12,421 nt of DNA from a virus. Its lineage: Duplodnaviria; Heunggongvirae; Uroviricota; Caudoviricetes. Made by a program: the position numbers and the translations under genes. Location of the stretch: the IMG/VR virus record IMGVR_UViG_2925919700_000002, positions 1 through 12,421 of that record. One strand, given 5' to 3'. The notes below the pieces were generated by a model, which searched no databases, was not told the origin of the DNA, and saw only the letters and a list, made by a program, of their open reading frames with translations. Within the stretch, counting starts at the first letter, position 1. Every line of letters begins with the position of its first letter. Shown here in pieces: positions 6,938-12,421 of this stretch.

Positions 6938-9028
6938 TTGATCAAGAGCGATGTTAATTTGTTCAATCATTTGGTTAGGAAATCCGCGGCAACGCGCGCC
7001 GAGACAGCAGCAAAACGGGCAGAGGATATTGCATCCGCCGTGGCGCTTGAGGATGCGAGCACGACGAAAAAGGGGATAGTACAGCTCAGCAGTGCGACCA
7101 ACAGCACGTCTGAAACGCTGGCGGCAACGCCAAAGGCAGTAAAAGCAGCCAATGACAATGCTGAGAAACGTCTGCAGAAAGACCAGAACGGCGCTGATAT
7201 ACCCGATAAGGGACGCTTCCTGAACAACATTAACGCGGTCAGTAAAACAGACTTTGCTGATAAGCGTGGTATGCGTTATGTGCGGGTTAACGCTCCTGCA
7301 GGTGCAACATCTGGAAAATATTACCCTGTTGTTGTTATGCGTTCTGCTGGCTCAGTAAGCGAACTGGCATCAAGGGTCATTATCACCACGGCAACGCGAA
7401 CCGCAGGCGATCCGATGAATAACTGCGAGTTTAACGGATTTGTTATGCCTGGTGGCTGGACTGACAGGGGGCGTTATGCTTATGGAATGTTCTGGCAATA
7501 TCAAAACAATGAACGAGCCATCCACTCAATAATGATGAGTAATAAGGGCGATGATTTGCGCTCTGTGTTCTATGTTGATGGCGCTGCTTTCCCTGTTTTT
7601 GCGTTTATCGAAGATGGCCTGTCAATATCCGCACCTGGTGCTGATCTCGTTGTTAATGATACGACCTATAAGTTTGGGGCAACAAATCCAGCGACTGAAT
7701 GTATCGCGGCGGACGTTATCCTTGATTTTAAGAGTGGGCGTGGTTTTTATGAGTCTCATTCGTTAATCGTTAACGATAACTTGTCGTGCAAAAAACTTTT
7801 TGCCACAGACGAAATTGTAGCGCGTGGTGGTAATCAGATTCGAATGATAGGTGGGGAGTATGGTGCATTATGGCGTAATGATGGCGCTAAAACTTACCTG
7901 CTGCTTACCAATCAAGGTGATGTTTATGGTGGCTGGAATACATTAAGACCGTTTGCTATTGATAACGCAACCGGCGAACTGGTTATTGGAACCAAACTGT
8001 CCGCAAGTCTGAACGGTAATGCATTAACAGCAACAAAGCTGCAAACGCCAAGACTGGTTTCTGGTGTTGAGTTTGATGGTTCCAAAGATATTACTTTAAC
8101 CGCCGCGCATGTGGCTGCTTTTGCCAGAAGGGCAACGGATACGTATGCCGATGCGGATGGGGGCGTTCCATGGAATGCCGAATCAGGCGCTTACAATGTC
8201 ACCCGCTCTGGCGACAGCTATATTCTGGTTAACTTCTATACCGGAGTCGGAAGTTGCCGGACCTTGCAGATGAAGGCACATTACAGAAATGGAGGTCTGT
8301 TCTACCGTTCCTCAAGAGATGGCTATGGTTTTGAGGAAGACTGGGCAGAAGTTTATACCTCGAAAAATCTTCCACCAGAAAGCTACCCAGTCGGTGCACC
8401 AATCCCGTGGCCATCAGATACCGTTCCGTCTGGTTATGCCCTGATGCAGGGGCAGACTTTTGACAAATCTGCATACCCGAAACTTGCAGCCGCTTATCCG
8501 TCAGGCGTGATCCCTGATATGCGTGGCTGGACGATTAAGGGCAAACCTGCCAGTGGTCGTGCCGTATTGTCTCAGGAACAGGACGGCATTAAATCGCACA
8601 CCCACAGCGCCAGCGCATCCAGTACGGATTTGGGGACGAAAACCACATCGTCGTTTGATTACGGCACTAAATCCACGAATAACACCGGGGCGCATACGCA
8701 CAGTGTGAGCGGTACAGCCGCAAGTGCCGGAAACCATACTCATAGTGTCACAGGCGCATCAGCAGTCAGCCAGTGGTCACAAAATGGGTCAGTACATAAG
8801 GTAGTGTCTGCGGCCAGTGTGAATACAAGTGCTGCAGGAGCGCACACTCATAGTGTCAGCGGCACAGCCGCATCTGCAGGTGCTCACGCACATACTGTCG
8901 GTATTGGTGCTCATACGCACTCTGTTGCGATTGGCTCACATGGACACACCATCACCGTTAACGCTGCTGGTAACGCGGAAAACACCGTCAAAAACATCGC
9001 ATTTAACTACATTGTGAGGCTTGCATAA
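6938..9028 (+). CDS. stf: Side tail fibre protein, 5'-truncated: distal ~680 aa only, lacking the N-terminal tail-attachment domain; start codon uncertain (possible pseudogene)
   Basis: Open frame of 696 codons from TTG 6938. Similarity to Stf begins near 6984 ([55 protein letters not shown]). Conserved C-terminal block (GAPIPWPSD ... [31 protein letters not shown] ... [18 protein letters not shown]) matches lambda Stf and StfR as recalled. No in-frame ATG with an RBS near the 5' end. Confidence 0.8.
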   Translation: MIKSDVNLFNHLVRKSAATRAETAAKRAEDIASAVALEDASTTKKGIVQLSSATNSTSETLAATPKAVKAANDNAEKRLQKDQNGADIPDKGRFLNNINAVSKTDFADKRGMRYVRVNAPAGATSGKYYPVVVMRSAGSVSELASRVIITTATRTAGDPMNNCEFNGFVMPGGWTDRGRYAYGMFWQYQNNERAIHSIMMSNKGDDLRSVFYVDGAAFPVFAFIEDGLSISAPGADLVVNDTTYKFGATNPATECIAADVILDFKSGRGFYESHSLIVNDNLSCKKLFATDEIVARGGNQIRMIGGEYGALWRNDGAKTYLLLTNQGDVYGGWNTLRPFAIDNATGELVIGTKLSASLNGNALTATKLQTPRLVSGVEFDGSKDITLTAAHVAAFARRATDTYADADGGVPWNAESGAYNVTRSGDSYILVNFYTGVGSCRTLQMKAHYRNGGLFYRSSRDGYGFEEDWAEVYTSKNLPPESYPVGAPIPWPSDTVPSGYALMQGQTFDKSAYPKLAAAYPSGVIPDMRGWTIKGKPASGRAVLSQEQDGIKSHTHSASASSTDLGTKTTSSFDYGTKSTNNTGAHTHSVSGTAASAGNHTHSVTGASAVSQWSQNGSVHKVVSAASVNTSAAGAHTHSVSGTAASAGAHAHTVGIGAHTHSVAIGSHGHTITVNAAGNAENTVKNIAFNYIVRLA
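8596..8957 (+). repeat. His-x-His repeat array within the stf 3' region
   Basis: Repeated [15 protein letters not shown] units (8688-8732 and 8838-8882) plus shorter HTHS/HAHT/HGHT units. These are coding repeats, typical of the fibre-tip domains of lambda Stf and T4 gp37-type fibres. Confidence 0.7.
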
Positions 9029-9603
9029 TGGCATTCAGAATGAGTGAACAACCACGGACCATAAAAATTTATAATCTGCTGTCCGGAACTAATGAATTTA
9101 TTGGTGAAGGTGATGCATATATTCCGCCTCATACAGGTCTGCCAGCAAACAGTACCGATATTGCACCGCCAGATATTCCGGCTGGTTTCGTGGCTGTTTT
9201 CAACAGTGATGAGTCATCGTGGCATCTCGTTGAAGATCATCGGGGTAAAACGGTTTATGACGTGGCTTCCGGCGACGCGTTATTTATTTCTGAACTCGGC
9301 TCATTACCGGAAAATGTCACCTGGTTATCCCCGGAAGGGGAGTTTCAGAAGTGGAACGGCACAGCCTGGGGGAAGGATACGGAAGCAGAAAAACTGTTCC
9401 GGATCCGGGAGGCGGAAGAAACAAAAAACAGCCTGATGCAGGTAGCCAGTGAGCATATAGCGCCGCTTCAGGATGCTGTGGATCTGGAGATCGCAACGGA
9501 GAAAGAAACCTTGTTGCTGGAAGCCTGGAAAAAGTATCGGGTGTTGCTGAATCGTGTTGATACATCAACTGCACCGGATATTGAATGGCCAGCCCTACCG
9601 TAG
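9028..9603 (+). CDS. tfa: Tail fibre assembly protein (Tfa)
   Basis: 191 aa. ATG overlaps the stf stop (TAATG). Conserved C-terminal Tfa block [37 protein letters not shown]. Confidence 0.85.
   Translation: MAFRMSEQPRTIKIYNLLSGTNEFIGEGDAYIPPHTGLPANSTDIAPPDIPAGFVAVFNSDESSWHLVEDHRGKTVYDVASGDALFISELGSLPENVTWLSPEGEFQKWNGTAWGKDTEAEKLFRIREAEETKNSLMQVASEHIAPLQDAVDLEIATEKETLLLEAWKKYRVLLNRVDTSTAPDIEWPALP
9455..9568 (+). repeat. Direct repeat copy A (tfa 3' conserved block)
   Basis: About 114 bp, roughly 85% identical by eye to 12226-12340, in the same orientation. Confidence 0.7.
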
Positions 9604-9679
9604 GGTAAGATATATAAATTCTATAATTAGAAGTATCTTTCCATTTAAGGCTAGGAAGGGGGGCTTGGAAAACGTAAGG

Positions 9680-9703
9680 AATCTCACACCGAGATTATTT
9701 TTA
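9680..9703. terminator. Weak hairpin between convergent tfa and recombinase genes; possible bidirectional terminator
   Basis: Stem AATCTC / GAGATT with loop ACACC at 9680-9696, followed by ATTTTT on the plus strand. Short stem, low confidence. Confidence 0.3.
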
Positions 9704-10291
9704 TATATCAGGTGTCTGATTTTTTGCTTTAGCTCTTAAAATGGTTTGCCGCGAGGTTTTGAATTCTTGGGCAATGTCACTTATATTTATACCTGACTTA
9801 ATTTGCTCTAGTACCCTCTGTATTTGTTCATCATTTAACACAGGTGGGCGACCAAATCGCTTTCCTGCGCCCCGTGCTCTTAATATCCCTGAATGAGTAC
9901 GCTCAAGTAAAAGGTCTCGCTCAAATTCAGCGACTGCTGAAATTACTTGCATCATCATTTTTCCAGGTGGACTGGTCAGGTCAACGCCCCCCAATGCTAA
10001 GCAATGCACTTTGATACCTGCTTTGGTCAGTTGTTCCACCGTTTTACTGATATCCATTGGATTACAACCGAGGCGATCCAGTTTTGTGACAATCAATGCA
10101 TCACCTCTTTTCAGTCGATCAAGCAACTGGTTAAAACCAGGACGCTCACTGGTTGCTGCTGAGCCGCTAATTTGTTCTTCAATTATTTGCTGAGATTTGA
10201 TGTTAAAACCTGCACTTTCGATTTCCCGACGTTGATTTTTGGTTGTTTGTTCCAGAGTTGATACCCGACAGTAAGCATAAATTCGAGACAT
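9701..10291 (-). CDS. Small serine recombinase (resolvase/invertase family), PinR/PinQ-like
   Basis: 196 aa. N-terminal catalytic motif [11 protein letters not shown] with the presumptive catalytic Ser. Conserved [12 protein letters not shown] and [14 protein letters not shown] blocks. C-terminal HTH ([19 protein letters not shown]). Position after stf-tfa on the opposite strand matches the Rac and Qin layout. Confidence 0.85.
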   Translation of the reverse strand: MSRIYAYCRVSTLEQTTKNQRREIESAGFNIKSQQIIEEQISGSAATSERPGFNQLLDRLKRGDALIVTKLDRLGCNPMDISKTVEQLTKAGIKVHCLALGGVDLTSPPGKMMMQVISAVAEFERDLLLERTHSGILRARGAGKRFGRPPVLNDEQIQRVLEQIKSGINISDIAQEFKTSRQTILRAKAKNQTPDI

Positions 10292-10609
10292 AGTGAGATC
10301 TTCTATACGAAATTGGTGTACATATCATAATGCATCTCAGAAAATAATTTTGATTATTTTTGTACATATTTGTATGTACACGTTCGAAAATAAACGAATG
10401 CGTATGCAACCCCGTAATTTTGGTGAGATCCAAAATCGATTTTGTGAAAAATGGCCTTAACTCGGTTTGTTTTTCGAGTTCCGGGCGGACTCAAGGAAGA
10501 AGAATAGTGTTGCGTGTTATTTTAACCAGATTTCAAGTTGTTTGGTCGTGGAAAAGTGGAGCAAAATGTTGTTAAAGTGGAAAAATGATAAAAAAGTAAG
10601 TTTATTATA
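10292..10609. promoter_or_regulatory. 318-bp AT-rich spacer upstream of the recombinase, with palindromes
   Basis: Inverted repeat TGTACATA-tttg-TATGTACA (10361-10380), with a TGTACATA half-site copy at 10317-10324. Perfect 14-bp palindrome CAAAATCGATTTTG (10431-10444). Direct repeats of AAGTGGAAAA around 10549-10585. No convincing ORF. Confidence 0.4.
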
Positions 10610-10843
10610 TTACATTTTACCATTTAAATTTTTGTTGTCTTTAAGAACTGATATCGCTGTTTGTAATAATTCTTTGTTATCCAGCCATGACTTTTTCTTT
10701 ATGTTTCCTTCAATGTAATCAAGCAATGTTCTGGTATTGATAGGTCTTCCCTGTTTTGCTACTTCCATTACAGCATCCCCTAGGATAATTCTTACTTCAG
10801 GAAGCTGCGCAGGGAACCACTTTAGGGTGTCTTTTGATTTCAT
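10610..10843 (-). CDS. Small prophage protein, YnaE/YdfK-like by position and size
   Basis: 77 aa from ATG 10841-10843 (MKSKDTLKWFPAQ...), with AAGGAA 7 nt upstream. The ORF track's start at 10876 has no RBS. Sits upstream of the pin-like gene on the same strand, as ynaE/ydfK do in Rac and Qin. Identity is from recollection, not alignment. Confidence 0.5.
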   Translation of the reverse strand: MKSKDTLKWFPAQLPEVRIILGDAVMEVAKQGRPINTRTLLDYIEGNIKKKSWLDNKELLQTAISVLKDNKNLNGKM

Positions 10844-11343
10844 GAAGATATTCCTTAAAATATTATTGATTTTCATTGCGATATTGTATGTCTGATTCAG
10901 TATATGTTGACTTATACATCGGTTTTGTCTGGGTTATTGGATATGCCAATCCCTAATTTTATTAGAGCATGACTAAAAATGCTGAATATGATAAGGAGCG
11001 AAGTGATTATCAGTATGCTGTTCATATAGCCTCGAATTAGTAATGTGTTATATATGATATAGTTGACAATTTTTATCCTGGGGGTTCTTAAAGTTCGTAG
11101 ATAAACATTGTCGTTTCAGGTATACAGGAATGCTAACAGGTGGCAGCAAAAATCAGGCGGTTTATGGCGCAAGCTGAAGTGGCAACTGCAAACTATCTTA
11201 TGCAGAGACTCTACACGGATTGGGTTTAAAAGTATACATAGATAACAGTTTTTATCTGAAGAAGAAAAATATCAAGGTGATATAGCCTATATGCCTATGA
11301 TGCGGAGGAATGAATGTGATGGGAGTGATGTATCTGAATAGTT

Positions 11344-11383
11344 GAAAAACCGCAGACACGCCTTAAGCAAGAACGTGCTGCGG
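11344..11383 (-). terminator. Rho-independent terminator downstream of the ybcY-like gene
   Basis: On the minus strand: stem CCGCAGCACG ... CGTGTCTGCGG (plus 11350-11383, one bulge) followed directly by TTTTT (plus 11345-11349). Confidence 0.6.
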
Positions 11384-11390
11384 TTGGATG

Positions 11391-12059
11391 CTATTTTTTC
11401 CCTGAAGCGGAAAACATTACTACAGTACCTTGAACCTTGGTTTTAACATTCTCGAAATGCTCTGAGAGTATATGTGTTAAGCCTTCTTCGGAATCTTTTG
11501 TGTTTGAAAAGATGCCTTTCTGATTGTAAATGCGCATCAGTTTTTGACCGAAGCTATTGTGCACAACTCCATCGCCAAGAATTGTGGCTCCGTATAGAGT
11601 TCCATCGTCAGTTAAGGCCTGCGCCGCATTGCGTATTACACAGCTTTTTGTAGATATATTTCCAGGCAGGCAGTGAAGAAGGTAAAACATGGAAATGGAA
11701 TCAAATTGACCATGTAACGCCGCGGGATAAGGTTCAAAAACATCATGGCTAATTTTATGTTTAATTTTTGATTCCCCAGCCCTTGTAGATGCCGCGTTCA
11801 GGCTAGCTTCGTTCAAATCCATTAAAGATATCAGACTACTCTCAGGTACGTGAGTAAGGTAAAACCCAGTTCCAACACCAATATCCAGATGGTTGTTACC
11901 TAAATGTTCCAGAAAGTGTGGAAGAAGGTGTTCCTTTGTAGGACATCCCCATGCAAGCCGATTTGATACTCCCAAAACCCACCAGTCATAAAGCTTTAGG
12001 GTAAGTGGTGTGTAAATTTTAGCCCCATCATCTGTGTTTTTTTTCATTAATTTCACCAT
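11391..12059 (-). CDS. ybcY: Class I SAM-dependent methyltransferase (YbcY-like), apparently intact
   Basis: 222 aa. Motif I DIGVGTGFY. The start may instead be the second Met (ATG ending at 12047), which has GGTG upstream; the first ATG at 12059 has no RBS. Confidence 0.7.
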   Translation of the reverse strand: MVKLMKKNTDDGAKIYTPLTLKLYDWWVLGVSNRLAWGCPTKEHLLPHFLEHLGNNHLDIGVGTGFYLTHVPESSLISLMDLNEASLNAASTRAGESKIKHKISHDVFEPYPAALHGQFDSISMFYLLHCLPGNISTKSCVIRNAAQALTDDGTLYGATILGDGVVHNSFGQKLMRIYNQKGIFSNTKDSEEGLTHILSEHFENVKTKVQGTVVMFSASGKK

Positions 12060-12115
12060 GTTATAGTTTTATTTGTGAATTAAATCAATTATGGCGATGA
12101 ATTACAAGGGGTTAA

Positions 12116-12421
12116 ATGCTGCCGCAGCATAGCGATATTGAAATAGCCTGGTATGCTTCGATACAACAGGAGCCGAATGGCTGGAAGACCGTCACCACAC
12201 AGTTCTACATCCAGGAATTCAGTGAGTATATTGCGCCACTGCAGGATGCTGTAGATCTGGAAATCGCAACGGAGGAAGAAAGATCGTTGCTGGAGGCATG
12301 GAATAAATATCGGGTATTGTTGAATCGAGTTGATACATCAGTAGCTCTGGGTATGAAGCTGTTTGTAACTCATGTTACAGTAACAGTCATTACTATCTCG
12401 AAGGTGCAAAATGTATATTGA
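12116..12421 (+). CDS. tfaX: Tail fibre assembly protein remnant (TfaX-like), carrying only the conserved Tfa C-terminal block
   Basis: 101 aa. AAGGGG lies upstream of the ATG at 12116. Contains [37 protein letters not shown], then an unrelated tail. Stop at 12419-12421. Confidence 0.6.
   Translation: MLPQHSDIEIAWYASIQQEPNGWKTVTTQFYIQEFSEYIAPLQDAVDLEIATEEERSLLEAWNKYRVLLNRVDTSVALGMKLFVTHVTVTVITISKVQNVY
12226..12340 (+). repeat. Direct repeat copy B (tfa 3' conserved block)
   Basis: Partner of 9455-9568, same orientation. Confidence 0.7.

Larger units (their letters stand above)
1..12421. mobile_element. Defective lambdoid prophage segment: DLP12-like backbone (int, Q, nmpC, lysis, bor, ybcV, ybcW, ybcY, tfaX) with a Rac/Qin-like stf-tfa-pin module
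   Basis: Gene content and order are those of a lambdoid late region. The early region, packaging and head genes are absent. Integrase 3' end sits at the window edge, so the attachment site should lie just left of position 1. Confidence 0.85.

Noticed and set aside
8596-8957. Possible CRISPR array suggested by short repeated units
   Set aside because: The repeats are in-frame coding repeats (GAHTHS units) of the fibre tip. There is no spacer/repeat regularity and no cas genes.
6967-9017. Six short ORFs on either strand inside the tail fibre gene (6967-7230, 7551-7766, 8229-8474, 8501-8743, 8523-8708, 8829-9017)
   Set aside because: Out-of-frame or antisense to the long fibre reading frame. 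Compositions are typical of overlapping-frame artefacts.
9092-9739. ORFs 9092-9436 (plus), 9317-9574 (minus) and 9554-9739 (plus)
   Set aside because: They overlap tfa in other frames or run across the tfa/recombinase convergent junction. No support.
6938-10291. Mu G-segment-like invertible tail-fibre switch
   Set aside because: I looked for an inverted second stf/tfa copy and flanking inverted crossover sites and found none. The tfa duplicates are direct repeats and the recombinase does not resemble the Gin/Hin/PinE subfamily. Kept as an open question in findings, not called as a feature.
10011-10718. ORFs 10011-10193 (plus), 10203-10433 (minus), 10360-10575 (plus) and 10467-10718 (plus)
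   Set aside because: Antisense to the recombinase or lying in the AT-rich spacer, with low-complexity products and no RBS. The spacer is reported as regulatory instead.
10844-10876. Upstream ATG (10876) as the start of the small YnaE/YdfK-like ORF
   Set aside because: It has no Shine-Dalgarno sequence. The ATG at 10843 has AAGGAA at the right spacing.

Overview
This window reads as the right arm of a defective lambdoid prophage of the E. coli DLP12 type, with a Rac/Qin-like tail-fibre and recombinase module spliced in. I did not find a clearly new biological system; the findings below are the parts the annotation does not explain. All calls are from reading the sequence and from recalled protein families; no database search was run.

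Gene order, left to right:
- Tyrosine integrase (1-1146, minus), translationally coupled to a DUF551-like ORF (1146-1508, minus).
- Q-type late antiterminator (1724-2107, plus), with no immunity, replication or nin region between it and the integrase module.
- A 190-bp palindrome-rich spacer, then an intact NmpC/Lc-type porin (2297-3394, minus).
- Lysis cassette: dual-start pinholin, signal-anchor-release (SAR) endolysin, Rz spanin with Rz1 embedded out of frame (3983-5153, plus).
- Bor lipoprotein (5185-5478, minus), YbcV (5769-6179, minus), YbcW (6465-6671, plus).
- A 5'-truncated side tail fibre gene (6938-9028, plus) and a tail fibre assembly gene (9028-9603, plus).
- A PinR/PinQ-like serine recombinase (9701-10291, minus) and a small YnaE/YdfK-like ORF (10610-10843, minus).
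- A YbcY-like SAM methyltransferase (11391-12059, minus) and a TfaX-like tail fibre assembly remnant (12116-12421, plus).

No tRNA, rRNA, CRISPR array or IS element was seen. The most interesting unexplained points are the integrase with a non-canonical N-terminus, the loss of the whole early region, the structured spacer between Q and the porin, and the recombinase with no visible invertible substrate.
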